A stretch of 64,000 bases of DNA, taken from the IMG/VR virus record IMGVR_UViG_3300032294_002797, positions 124,001 through 188,000 of that record. The stretch is one strand, 5' to 3'. Of the stretch, positions 47,046 to 56,661 are shown in pieces. Both the position numbers and the translations under genes were made by a program. A model generated the notes under the pieces. That model saw nothing but the letters and a program-made list of their open reading frames with translations, did no database searches and was not told the origin of the DNA. Every line of letters starts with the position of its first letter. Within the stretch, counting starts at the first letter, position 1.

Positions 47046-49084
47046 GGGGTACCTCCATCAACAAACTGAATAATAATATTAGCAGACCCATCAAAATTAG
47101 TGCCGTTAATAGTACGAGGAGTTTGTAGTGCTGTTGCTGTACTAGCATTACCAGTTAAGGCGCCCACAAAAGTTGTACTAGATACACTAGTTAAACCGCT
47201 CACACTAACTACCGTATCACCAAGATTAATAGCAGTTGATCCGATAGTCACACGACTATTTTCTAGTTGAGAGTTACCAACACCAGATGCTCTGATACTA
47301 ACAGCACCGCTTGTTACACTAAAGTCACCACTATCAAAACTAGCTATACCTTTGACAGTTGTACTAGCATCAGGAATTAAACCAGAAGCAACGCTGGTAA
47401 CTCGTCCATAACTATCAGTGGTTACTCCAACAACCACATTACCAGAACCACTATCAGTTCTACTAACTGTAGCAAGGTCAATATTGTCAGCATTTACAAC
47501 GATTCGACTACTACTAGCTGTTCCAACATTAAGAGTATTTCCACTCTTAACCATACCATCGCCCGCTGTAATTTGACCAGCACCGCTAAACTGAGCAAAA
47601 TTCAAAGCGGTTCCAACAATGCCGTTAATAGTAATAGGATCGTTTGTAGTTAAAACCCAACCGCTATCAGCATTGACAGTACCTTCTGTTACAAAAACAA
47701 ACATACCAGCCGTAACCTCTTCGCTACTATTTGCATCAGCAGCTCTGCTCCAAGATCCACTTGCGGCTACCCAGATACCGTTAATTCTTGGTTCTGCATG
47801 ATTTTTTACCAGTACTCTATCGCCTGCTACTAATGTGACTCCATCTATAGTTTGCAAACCGCTAACACTTAAAGAGCTATCAGCTGATGTTGTAGCAACC
47901 CTAACACTTTGCTTAACGTCTAATCCTGCTCTTGCAGCATCAACATACGCTTTTGTTGCAGCATCACTATCATCTGTTGGTGTTGCTAAATTAGTGATCT
48001 TTTGGCTATTTAACGACACACTACCTGTTGGAGCTGCCATTTGATCCAAACGAGATGTTCTTACCTGAGAGTCAAAGTTATTAATATTACTAGCAACTAA
48101 ACCACTACCTACTAAAGTAAGATTACCGCTAATGCTTGCATTATTACGAACTATTAAATTATTAGTATTAATAGTTTGCGCAGCATATACTTCTCCTAAA
48201 GAGCTAACAGAAAAAACGCCATCTCCAACATCAACAGCATTAACTCGAAGTAGACCCGTGGCGTTGATACCTGTTGCACCCAGATTCCCAATATACAATC
48301 CAGATGCCCTAACTTCTCCAACGTCTCCATAAATTACTGCTTTATTGGCAACAATAGTTTCGGGAGCGGACCCATCTAGCAAATTAAGTTCGCTAGCGCT
48401 AGAAGTCAAGTCTGTAATATCCGACACTTGAATAGTTGGATCACTTAAACTTACAATATAATTACCACCAGAGTGAGACAAACTAATACCACTACCAGCA
48501 GTTAATGGACTACTAACAGTAAGAGTATTATTTCCACTATTATATACAATATCAACACCAGATCCGGCCACAATACTAGTACTAACAGCACTATCAATCA
48601 GACTGTTAACCCCACTAGCAAAATTTGTAATATCAGACACTTGAATGGTAGGATCACTAAGACTAATGGTTGTATAACCAGTAGTATCATTATAACTAAC
48701 GGCAATACCACTAACGCCAGTAACCGATACCCCAATAATATCTTGTATAGTTTCACTATTAATAAGAGTATTAACAGCGCTAGCAAAATCATTAACTTGG
48801 CTAGATTGAATACCTGTTACACTAATAGTAATAGGCACTCCGGTTACAGAAGAAAATGATAATCCAATACCACTAGCTCCTATTAAGTCTGTATTACTAG
48901 GTAATATGGATGAGTATGCTAAACTATTCCATGGAGTTAGTCCATCTCCAATTTTATATCTTTTTGTGGTGGTATCTAGTCCCCATTCACCGGCGCTTAA
49001 TGTAGGATTAAGTTGGCTCCAACCACTACCATTAGGAAGAGTAAGTTCTCCTCTACGCATTTGAATTCTTGTTTGAACAGCCAT
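47042..49084 (-). CDS. Tail fibre/baseplate-proximal protein with Mtd_N N-terminus
   Basis: NPTLSAGEWGLDTTTKRYKIGDG..WNSL; TPTDDSDAATKAYVD..GLDVKQSVRVATT; DRVLVKN; ends DGGTP. Confidence 0.85.
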   Translation of the reverse strand: MAVQTRIQMRRGELTLPNGSGWSQLNPTLSAGEWGLDTTTKRYKIGDGLTPWNSLAYSSILPSNTDLIGASGIGLSFSSVTGVPITISVTGIQSSQVNDFASAVNTLINSETIQDIIGVSVTGVSGIAVSYNDTTGYTTISLSDPTIQVSDITNFASGVNSLIDSAVSTSIVAGSGVDIVYNSGNNTLTVSSPLTAGSGISLSHSGGNYIVSLSDPTIQVSDITDLTSSASELNLLDGSAPETIVANKAVIYGDVGEVRASGLYIGNLGATGINATGLLRVNAVDVGDGVFSVSSLGEVYAAQTINTNNLIVRNNASISGNLTLVGSGLVASNINNFDSQVRTSRLDQMAAPTGSVSLNSQKITNLATPTDDSDAATKAYVDAARAGLDVKQSVRVATTSADSSLSVSGLQTIDGVTLVAGDRVLVKNHAEPRINGIWVAASGSWSRAADANSSEEVTAGMFVFVTEGTVNADSGWVLTTNDPITINGIVGTALNFAQFSGAGQITAGDGMVKSGNTLNVGTASSSRIVVNADNIDLATVSRTDSGSGNVVVGVTTDSYGRVTSVASGLIPDASTTVKGIASFDSGDFSVTSGAVSIRASGVGNSQLENSRVTIGSTAINLGDTVVSVSGLTSVSSTTFVGALTGNASTATALQTPRTINGTNFDGSANIIIQFVDGGTP

Positions 49085-49121
49085 GATCGGTGCCTTTCTT
49101 TGGGAAATTATTTATTTAACA

Positions 49122-49400
49122 TTATGGGGATCCACAATCAAATTCATATTCGTCTAAGTATTCATCTAAGCCTTCTATTCTAGCCACATCTAAATTACCA
49201 ACTATTTTACTCATAGGAATATTGTCTGGTAAGTCACTAACTAATATTTTTTCAGTATTAACTATTTCCAAATTAAAACTATCAAAAAGTTCAATTTCAA
49301 TATTATTAACAATACTACCAAAAGAAGTTTCAACTTCTAATATATTTGTTGTAGGCTCCAATATTTCTAAGATAAAATCACTCATATGATTTATACACAA
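49122..49400 (-). CDS. Small acidic structural protein (probable start MSDFIL)
   Basis: Ends FDCGSP, similar to the DGGTP end of the neighbour. Confidence 0.6.
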   Translation of the reverse strand: MCINHMSDFILEILEPTTNILEVETSFGSIVNNIEIELFDSFNLEIVNTEKILVSDLPDNIPMSKIVGNLDVARIEGLDEYLDEYEFDCGSP

Positions 49401-49792
49401 TTAAGAGGTTGTTGAGCTTGACTAAAGCGTTTTACTATATTAACTGTGCCAAATAATAATCGCGTGGTATATTTACCACCACCAGCATACAAATCATCAG
49501 GACTTTGTAATTCAAGATCATATTTAGCTGTATTAAAATTAAAAGAGTTTGTTGTACTTGATGGCATCATTAAGGTTAATTTGCCATTAGGATCATCTAT
49601 AGTAAACTTATAAACATTATGATCAATATTGTCACTACTAAATATTTGAGTAATATTAGTATTAGTTTTCCATATTAATCTAGCACACCACCCTGTTAAA
49701 TTTACTGGATTTCCACCATTGTCCTTATAAATTAATGATATTTTAAAAGATGTTCCTTGTTCGATAGTAAAATCGTATTTGCTAGCTGCCAT
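49391..49792 (-). CDS. Baseplate/tail Ig-like small structural protein
   Basis: IEQGTSF...PVNLTG..AR...YDLEL...RLLFGTV. Confidence 0.7.
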   Translation of the reverse strand: MAASKYDFTIEQGTSFKISLIYKDNGGNPVNLTGWCARLIWKTNTNITQIFSSDNIDHNVYKFTIDDPNGKLTLMMPSSTTNSFNFNTAKYDLELQSPDDLYAGGGKYTTRLLFGTVNIVKRFSQAQQPLNCV

Positions 49793-49837
49793 AATTTGGC
49801 CTTATTATATATAATAATACGAATGAGACAATAACTA

Positions 49838-49847
49838 TAGATACACT
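49838..49847 (-). promoter_or_regulatory. Putative promoter motif variant AGTGTATCTA
   Basis: Intergenic, about 45 nt upstream of the ATG at 49792. Confidence 0.35.
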
Positions 49848-49923
49848 AAATAGTATTAGTATTAATATGTCTGCAAACAATAGTAAAATTCAGTCGTTAC
49901 TTTTTCTTTGCTATCAAAATAAT

Positions 49924-50136
49924 TTAGCCACCAACTACTGTTTGATTGCCTACTAATTGTACAAAAATACCATTATAGAATCTGTTGTCATATTTAGCTT
50001 CAATACTACTCATAGCTGGAGTAGTTTTAACATCACGATTATATGTTTGGTATGCTCCGGTAAAAGAGGTTGATGTTACTACGGATCCATTTTTAACTGG
50101 ATTAGACGATATTGCTTTATTTATGTCATTAGCCAT
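49924..50136 (-). CDS. Small hypothetical (probably virion) protein
   Basis: 70 aa with AGG RBS. Confidence 0.55.
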   Translation of the reverse strand: MANDINKAISSNPVKNGSVVTSTSFTGAYQTYNRDVKTTPAMSSIEAKYDNRFYNGIFVQLVGNQTVVGG

Positions 50137-50145
50137 AATATTTTA

Positions 50146-50487
50146 TTACCTTTCTATTCTAGATTCTAAAGTTTCTAATGTTTTTGCTAGCATAGCTATT
50201 TGTACTTTCAGCTCATTCATAACATCACTATTTCTTTGAAGCGCAGAGGCAAAAGCCGCCTGGTTTTCTTTATTACTATTTAATCTTTCCATAATAAATT
50301 GCTTGTCATGTAAATAAGGACTTTGTGTTTCTATCATATGCAAAACTTCGGTTTTAGATGCCATATTACGTCCTATGGCTACCCAAAATCCCATCATAGT
50401 CACTATTATTCCTACGCAGGTAGTTGCTAAATTTTCCCAGAAATGAATAATAGTATCACTCATAATAAATACCTCGTGGATGATCAA
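50146..50487 (-). CDS. Membrane-anchored coiled-coil protein (probable start MSDTII at 50463)
   Basis: Transmembrane segment CVGIIVTMMGFWVAI followed by a heptad pattern; GAGGT RBS. Confidence 0.65.
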   Translation of the reverse strand: MIIHEVFIMSDTIIHFWENLATTCVGIIVTMMGFWVAIGRNMASKTEVLHMIETQSPYLHDKQFIMERLNSNKENQAAFASALQRNSDVMNELKVQIAMLAKTLETLESRIER

Positions 50488-50507
50488 TATGACAAAGCAA
50501 GAGTCTT

Positions 50508-50517
50508 TATATACACC
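50508..50517 (-). promoter_or_regulatory. Putative phage promoter motif GGTGTATATA
   Basis: Intergenic, directly downstream of a terminator hairpin. Confidence 0.55.
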
Positions 50518-50523
50518 TTATAC

Positions 50524-50551
50524 AAAAAGAACCAGGACAACGCCTGGTTCT
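50524..50551 (-). terminator. Rho-independent terminator
   Basis: Perfect 9-bp stem AGAACCAGG-CGTTGT-CCTGGTTCT followed by TTTT on the minus strand, about 30 nt after the stop at 50584. Confidence 0.8.
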
Positions 50552-50583
50552 CTATGTATACTCGATAGTAGTAAAACACTATA

Positions 50584-51168
50584 TTAGGTAGTTTTCCCAG
50601 AATACCCTACGGATACCGGAGTTTTGCTGCCTAGCTTGTAGGTCAAATCACCAGGAGCCGTTCTGGTTACACTAGCAGCAACATCTGTAGAAGTTGTTGA
50701 TGTACCGGTAGTGGCGCCCCAAAAATTATCTACTGCTGTAGTAGGAGGTGTAGTATATTGGCCAGTATATATGTTCCAGTATCCAGCCCTATATGCAGTA
50801 GTAAATCTGGTGCTTCTGACTTTTTCTTGGCGATGAATACTACGACGAGAAGCTAGGTCAGATGCACCACCCTTAAGAAAAGAATTGCTAACTGTACCAG
50901 CTAATACTGAAGTATATTTGATACTAATAGGTTTTTGATTATTATTAGCAAAAACACCACCACTTAATGCCGGATCGGCGTAGTCACTATTGGCATTAGA
51001 AATTACTTTAGAGCCAAAAACGCCCAGGTCTTTTGTGCCAAGAGCGTTGTTCTGTAATACCGAAGACTTTGAACCCGCATTAGTTGCTACTCCGCGATTA
51101 TTACGGGTAGATGATTTGGTTGTCGCTGACGAACCGTCTGTTTGTACTGTAGCCATTTTAGTCTCCAT
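50584..51168 (-). CDS. S/T/G-rich hypothetical (probably virion) protein
   Basis: 194 aa; has its own terminator. Confidence 0.6.
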   Translation of the reverse strand: METKMATVQTDGSSATTKSSTRNNRGVATNAGSKSSVLQNNALGTKDLGVFGSKVISNANSDYADPALSGGVFANNNQKPISIKYTSVLAGTVSNSFLKGGASDLASRRSIHRQEKVRSTRFTTAYRAGYWNIYTGQYTTPPTTAVDNFWGATTGTSTTSTDVAASVTRTAPGDLTYKLGSKTPVSVGYSGKTT

Positions 51169-51212
51169 AAAAAGTGGGATAGGTATTAATTACTTACCCC
51201 AAAATTTGCAGA

Positions 51213-51878
51213 TTAATGGTAATTTTGACTTTTTTTAGTAATTTTTTCTAAAGTATATATATTAGAGGTTTTGTATCCATAGATTTTGGTACTATTTAGT
51301 ATATTATTGATTTGATCATCAGTCCATGCACTACCATTGACTATTATATTCATATTGGTATTTTTTTGACTAATTAACATAGCAGCTAGGATATTATCAG
51401 AGATATTATCCATTAAAAAATTAGCAGATGGATAGATGGTATTAATGCCAAATTCGGTCAAAATACTAGCTGTTTTATATAGAAGTTCTGGAACAAAAAT
51501 CTTATATTCTAGCACATATCTCAAATCCACTGATGATCGCTTGCATAGTTCGGTTTGCGCCTCTAGCTCTTTTCGAAATTTATCATATTTTCTATTGCAT
51601 AGAATGTTTGATGGAGCTACCATCTCAATAATGTCAGTCCCATTTTGTATTGCATTTTCAATTAGTTTGTATCTAGAATCGCTGTCAGATAGTCCAAAAG
51701 GATAATCTAAAATGGTACTTATGGGAATTTGATTTTTTAATAGAGGTTTTATTACTTTTACATAGTAAGGAAATACAGAAATAACAGTAGGATTGTAATA
51801 AAGAGATTTACTAATATTCTCTTTTGTCTCGTTTTCATTACTAGCTATATCATAGTAGCCATATTCTATAATATTCAT
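51213..51878 (-). CDS. DeoC-like TIM-barrel protein with degenerate active site
   Basis: STILDYPFG...AIQNGTDIIEMV...LRYVLEY resembles DeoC; the catalytic lysines appear absent. Confidence 0.7.
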   Translation of the reverse strand: MNIIEYGYYDIASNENETKENISKSLYYNPTVISVFPYYVKVIKPLLKNQIPISTILDYPFGLSDSDSRYKLIENAIQNGTDIIEMVAPSNILCNRKYDKFRKELEAQTELCKRSSVDLRYVLEYKIFVPELLYKTASILTEFGINTIYPSANFLMDNISDNILAAMLISQKNTNMNIIVNGSAWTDDQINNILNSTKIYGYKTSNIYTLEKITKKSQNYH

Positions 51879-52549
51879 TATTTAATTTTATTTTTGAGTA
51901 TATCGATATTAGGAAACTTTCTATCTCCAAGTACACCATCAGCAAACCCATACTCTACTGCTTCATTAGATTTTAAAATCCAATCACACTTATTTGCTAA
52001 TTGAGAAGTAATATGTTTTCTTGCCATCATCTTTTTCCAATTTTTATTTTTAGCCATTTCACTTTCCATGCATCTATCCGTAAAAATATCTATCATTTTA
52101 TCACACTCATCTTCGTTCCATTTTACAGAACTAACGGCGGCTTTTGAGTGTTCTCCATCCAAACTAAAAGAACCGTAGTGTATCAACATTGTAGTATTGG
52201 GCATCAAGATTCTTAAGCATGGAGATTGGAAGAGTACGCTACTAGATGATTCTACTTTGGCATAAGCTAAAATAGCAATTTTAGATTTGGAAAAACGCAC
52301 TGTATCATACATACCTAAACAATCTTGCCAGTATCCGCCGGGTAGATGCATATGTACTAGAATCGGATCGTGAGACAATGTATTGAGATATCTAATATTC
52401 TTCTCAAATAAAACAGCTGACCTATAATCAACTCCGCTTTCTTCTTCTCCATCAATATATGAATGTAGATATACTTCTCTATTTTTTAGATCTAAACCAA
52501 AATTATGAATATGGTTCAGCTCAGAGTCCGTGTTCAATGAATGATTCAT
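51878..52549 (-). CDS. clpP: ClpP-like protease
   Basis: HLPGG, MYDT, KVESSS (Ser), MLIHYG (His), CDWILKSNEAVEYGFAD (Asp). Confidence 0.85.
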   Translation of the reverse strand: MNHSLNTDSELNHIHNFGLDLKNREVYLHSYIDGEEESGVDYRSAVLFEKNIRYLNTLSHDPILVHMHLPGGYWQDCLGMYDTVRFSKSKIAILAYAKVESSSSVLFQSPCLRILMPNTTMLIHYGSFSLDGEHSKAAVSSVKWNEDECDKMIDIFTDRCMESEMAKNKNWKKMMARKHITSQLANKCDWILKSNEAVEYGFADGVLGDRKFPNIDILKNKIK

Positions 52550-53004
52550 AATAATAATCCAGATAGGTAAGAATATATTGTTTGATTGATATTAGATAGT
52601 GTATCGCTAGAGTTAAATAACTGGCCTATTCCTATGCGGAATCTATATCTTGTATACACATCTAAAACTTCCACCCCTTCATTATTCTCTATGATAGCGG
52701 CTATTTTTGGCGTTAAATCGAAATTGGTATGCCCTATCCAAAAATTAAAAGAAGACCCTATATTATATTGATCATTATATGGCATCAGACCAAATGGCGT
52801 GATAATAGCCTTAATATGTTTTTTTGCAAAGCTGTTTTCAGGCTCATCACTATGATCATTTGGATAGTGATCATCTTCGTTTATATCATCTATAAAGTCG
52901 GGAGATTTGACAAAATCTTCTGGAGATGAATATACAGACTCATCAGAAAATGGATCCTGCCACTTCTGCCAAACTATTTTAGGCGAAACTATTTTTGCAT
53001 CCAT
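52546..53004 (-). CDS. Hypothetical phage protein
   Basis: WQKWQDP...FWIGHTNFD...TRYRFRIGIG. Confidence 0.6.
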   Translation of the reverse strand: MDAKIVSPKIVWQKWQDPFSDESVYSSPEDFVKSPDFIDDINEDDHYPNDHSDEPENSFAKKHIKAIITPFGLMPYNDQYNIGSSFNFWIGHTNFDLTPKIAAIIENNEGVEVLDVYTRYRFRIGIGQLFNSSDTLSNINQTIYSYLSGLLL

Positions 53005-53011
53005 TATTGGT

Positions 53012-53437
53012 TTATGACGGTAAAAAACTTTTAAATACTTGTGATGGTCTAACTACCGGCATATTTTTCTCTGTGTTAGATTTTTGTTTTAGATAAGAAA
53101 GCTCCGTCAATTTATAATAAACATTCTGTGCAAAAAGTATATCATATGATTTATAACTTTTATAATTTTTGATAGTTGATATAATCTCTGATTCTAATAA
53201 ACCCTCATTAATAGCATCAAGCATTAAAGCATAATTATTAGATAGAGATAGTATTTGATCTTTATTATTTTCATTAAACTCTGGCCAATAGCATATTATA
53301 TTGATAGTACCATCAATATTCATTTGTATATTTAAAGAACATGCTATATTTTTATTGGTTTTTTTATTATTCTGTTGTGAAAAGTGACCGAACAAATTTT
53401 GCAGAAATTTATACATACGCCATAGCCTTCCTTGCAA
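53012..53437 (-). CDS. Hypothetical phage protein
   Basis: ORF coupled to neighbours; ends PVVRPSQVF. Confidence 0.55.
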   Translation of the reverse strand: MQGRLWRMYKFLQNLFGHFSQQNNKKTNKNIACSLNIQMNIDGTINIICYWPEFNENNKDQILSLSNNYALMLDAINEGLLESEIISTIKNYKSYKSYDILFAQNVYYKLTELSYLKQKSNTEKNMPVVRPSQVFKSFLPS

Positions 53438-53786
53438 CAGGATTTATAACTGCTAAATTCGGACTAATCAAGAAAGCGTTTTTTACTTTGGTGTCTGATG
53501 GTAGAATAGTTGTATAATTAATTTCTAATATACTTCCATTCTTTTTAACCCCCAATAAATTATAATAAGGAGTATATTTCTCTGGACTAGTAGTTATATT
53601 TTTTTCTATATGATCATATAAAAAATTAGTTAGATGATCATCTAAAGTTAGGTTGTGTGTATCTTTATCAAGATTCAAGAAAAAAGATAAAGGCATATAG
53701 TGTCCATCGGTAGATGAGACAAAATATCTATTGCTTTTATCTTTTATATAGATAGCTGCCACTAGATTACATTTAACTTCAGGCAT
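53409..53786 (-). CDS. Hypothetical phage protein
   Basis: 125 aa ORF coupled to the sigma gene. Confidence 0.5.
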   Translation of the reverse strand: MPEVKCNLVAAIYIKDKSNRYFVSSTDGHYMPLSFFLNLDKDTHNLTLDDHLTNFLYDHIEKNITTSPEKYTPYYNLLGVKKNGSILEINYTTILPSDTKVKNAFLISPNLAVINPVARKAMAYV

Positions 53787-54369
53787 ATTGTCTGATCCTG
53801 GATAGACCCTTTTGAATATTTTGTCTAATTGCTTCTCTAGTGACGCTGTATTTATTACCTATCTCTAGTAATGTCTTATTATTAAAATAATATTCATAGA
53901 TTTGATCTTTTTGCTTATCAGACAAGATATCTGAATTCAAAATACATTCTATATATTTTGCTATCATATCTTTCTCTTCTTGTTCGGATACAATTTCAAA
54001 GGGATCAGACACTCCCTTGGTCTCTATATTTGATATATAGCTACGATTTTCCTTGTTATCGGAGGCATATTGATCCAGAGAATAATTGGTATTTTTCTTT
54101 TTATAACGATTAGATAAATATGTTTTAATAGCCCATAAACCGCACTGATTACGATAAGAATACTTGGTTTTCGATTTACCATTGTATCCCGTGCGAGTCT
54201 TGTCCCATTTCCAATCTGCTATCATTATAGCTTCTGCAATTTCTGATATTGCTTCTTCATTAGATAATAATTCTTGTCTTAAATTATTGTAAAATGACGG
54301 AGCAAACTTAGAAATAATTTTTTTAGCTAAATTTATATAGGTATCCAGAGTCTCAAATTGCTGTTCCAT
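53779..54369 (-). CDS. RNA polymerase sigma70-like factor
   Basis: Region 4 HTH LSDKQKDQIYEYY...KTLLEIGNKYSVTREAIRQ; region 2-like helix. Confidence 0.8.
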   Translation of the reverse strand: MEQQFETLDTYINLAKKIISKFAPSFYNNLRQELLSNEEAISEIAEAIMIADWKWDKTRTGYNGKSKTKYSYRNQCGLWAIKTYLSNRYKKKNTNYSLDQYASDNKENRSYISNIETKGVSDPFEIVSEQEEKDMIAKYIECILNSDILSDKQKDQIYEYYFNNKTLLEIGNKYSVTREAIRQNIQKGLSRIRQYA

Positions 54370-54398
54370 TTAATGTCCTTATAAAAGTAAATTTTGGC

Positions 54399-54839
54399 TT
54401 ATTTTTTCTGAGTCTTTTTTGTCAGTTCTTCCCATTGTTTGGGATTAGGTCTATCTTTATCTCCGGGCTTGGCTGGTCTGTATTTTTTACCCTCTCTTTC
54501 TCTTTTTTTACGGATGTTTTCCCACAGACCCGGGCGAGAACTACCAGTAGATTCATCGTCACTTTCTGTGACATACATCACAAAATCATGGATGGTTCTA
54601 ACATAATCCTCAGTTATGGCAATTTTACCCTGAAGCCAGCTCTCTGTCAAGTTTTCTTTTACGTGCGGAGAGTCAATAGAATTTATTATATTATTGATAT
54701 TAGCCACCATGGCTTTTAAAGATCCTAGACTCATTTCATAGAAATCTTCTTTGTATTCTTGTAGATCATCATTAGTCGAAGACAGTACCTGATCGATATG
54801 TGATAGAATTTCATTCTTACGATTGGTCATTATTATCAC
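54399..54839 (-). CDS. Hypothetical phage protein
   Basis: C-terminal GLWENIRKKR...KPGDKDRP basic motif. Confidence 0.6.
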   Translation of the reverse strand: MIIMTNRKNEILSHIDQVLSSTNDDLQEYKEDFYEMSLGSLKAMVANINNIINSIDSPHVKENLTESWLQGKIAITEDYVRTIHDFVMYVTESDDESTGSSRPGLWENIRKKREREGKKYRPAKPGDKDRPNPKQWEELTKKTQKK

Positions 54840-55509
54840 CTTTAGTATATTGTATTAAGTCGTTAAAAAGATTTTTTACTAATAGCACTGATGCGTCATT
54901 ATCGCTAGGAAAATGAACTCCTTGCTTAACTCTAGCTAACATTACTTTGCGAGTAGCTTCTGCTAATTCATCTTTCAAATGAGGGAATTCGACAGTTAAT
55001 AGTTGTTCGGCAAGTGCCGCGTATGCTACATGACCCGAGGGATAAGCTGGCGTATGATGAGTTCCAGTGTGTATTACATCTATATTAAGATTATAGAATT
55101 CAGCTATTTGATTAGGTCTGGGTCTATTAAATAGTATTTTTAAATCAGACACAATCTCATACAATAAAGCATATAGTGTATCAAATTTGTTTTGGGGAAA
55201 AGGTAGACTATATTTTTTAAGTATCGTCTTATAAATAATTAATGGATCCTCATCTATTAAGAGAATAGTTTCTTTGATATTAAGAGGGATATTTGAAGTT
55301 TCTTTAATAAGATGCTGAATTTCTGCCTTAGTAATATCACTAGAATTACTTGGAGGACAATCTATTAGATCTATATATTTAAAAGGTAAATAAGATTCTA
55401 ATTCTGTAGGTCTACTCTTATGTATATAATTTTTATATACTAAATTATCTAAATTGGATTGTTTTTTATTAACAATAATATCTTGTATTTTTTTGATTAA
55501 ACTGAACAT
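54817..55509 (-). CDS. PAP2/vanadium haloperoxidase-family phosphatase
   Basis: KILFNRPRP, AYPSGH, ARVKQGVHFPSD. Confidence 0.88.
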   Translation of the reverse strand: MFSLIKKIQDIIVNKKQSNLDNLVYKNYIHKSRPTELESYLPFKYIDLIDCPPSNSSDITKAEIQHLIKETSNIPLNIKETILLIDEDPLIIYKTILKKYSLPFPQNKFDTLYALLYEIVSDLKILFNRPRPNQIAEFYNLNIDVIHTGTHHTPAYPSGHVAYAALAEQLLTVEFPHLKDELAEATRKVMLARVKQGVHFPSDNDASVLLVKNLFNDLIQYTKGDNNDQS

Positions 55510-55514
55510 ATTTA

Positions 55515-56075
55515 TTATACTTGTAATGTTAAAAAATTATCTATTCCCATTTGTTCTATCAATTTAAGATATCCTTCATATAGTTTAATGCCATCTTCAC
55601 TACCTTGAAGTAGCGGGATCATAGTATTGGCCGTAAGTTCGTCTCCTACGGCTCGTGCAGCAACAATAGTGGCTCGTTCTGCTGTCGATGCTTCTCTAAC
55701 TGAGGCTAGATTGTAATTAATCATTGCCACCATATCATGTCTTGTCCATCTTGGTAGAGATACATTAAGTGGCTGGTAATCAACATCAAAAAACTCTAAA
55801 CGTGTTAAGTTTATCATAGCATGTTCATGTTCTTCCAAAGCATCAGCTTTAATAATTGCTGCTAATTTTTTATAGCCCCATCTTTCAAGATGCACTGCTT
55901 GTGCCGATAATACTGTTGTTTGTTGCCAGTGAATATTAAGAGATTTTTTAAGAAGTTCTATCACCGTTTCTGTAGAATATTTTGTGACTTCTTGAGCTTG
56001 TGTGTTTTCTGATTTGTTGTCCATATTAGATATTTTGCTTTCTTGATCTTGTAATAGTTCTGATATAGGTTTCAT
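55515..56075 (-). CDS. Bacterioferritin-like ferritin-fold protein
   Basis: HLERWGYKKLA...EEHEHA...RLEFFD...E. Confidence 0.75.
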   Translation of the reverse strand: MKPISELLQDQESKISNMDNKSENTQAQEVTKYSTETVIELLKKSLNIHWQQTTVLSAQAVHLERWGYKKLAAIIKADALEEHEHAMINLTRLEFFDVDYQPLNVSLPRWTRHDMVAMINYNLASVREASTAERATIVAARAVGDELTANTMIPLLQGSEDGIKLYEGYLKLIEQMGIDNFLTLQV

Positions 56076-56079
56076 ATTA

Positions 56080-56640
56080 TCACCAAGCTTTGCATGACCA
56101 GTATCGGGCTTTATACTTAGGTCCAGGATTATCGCAGTTGTGTCGTGCTCTAAAACTTTTACGTCTTTCGGGAATATTTTTTTTAATTTTCATATTAGGA
56201 TCACCAAATCTAACTATTATAACCTTGCCTTTTTCATTTTTAACATAAACCGCAGATTTTTTAGGTCCATCAGGAGTTCTGAAAGGTTTATTAAGAGTTA
56301 CTTTCCGTCCTTGATATTCTGATGCTATCAGATGAGAAATATCATATTCTTCTATTTCTTCACCAAAGTCAATATAGTCTTCTTCTTTAGGAATCAATAG
56401 ATTTGATAATGTAAGAAGTTCTTCTGGATCATCACAATCCTCACAATCATAGGCTAGGCTGAAACCTAATATCTCCATGACCTGATCAATCAAACTACTC
56501 TTAGATTTTTTGGTTTGACCCAAACATACGGACACTCTTTGTTTGGTGTCTTTATAGTCTTTTTTCATTGTTTCGTCACTCATGCAACGACTAACAAATT
56601 TTTGACTATCTTCATCTTTTCTTGGCTTTGGAATTGGCAT
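56080..56640 (-). CDS. Conserved-looking large-phage hypothetical protein
   Basis: MPIPKP..E....FVSRCM; VRFGDPNM...RRKSFRARHNC...ARYWSC. Confidence 0.65.
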   Translation of the reverse strand: MPIPKPRKDEDSQKFVSRCMSDETMKKDYKDTKQRVSVCLGQTKKSKSSLIDQVMEILGFSLAYDCEDCDDPEELLTLSNLLIPKEEDYIDFGEEIEEYDISHLIASEYQGRKVTLNKPFRTPDGPKKSAVYVKNEKGKVIIVRFGDPNMKIKKNIPERRKSFRARHNCDNPGPKYKARYWSCKAW

Positions 56641-56661
56641 AGAGTATCTCCTAGATAAATA

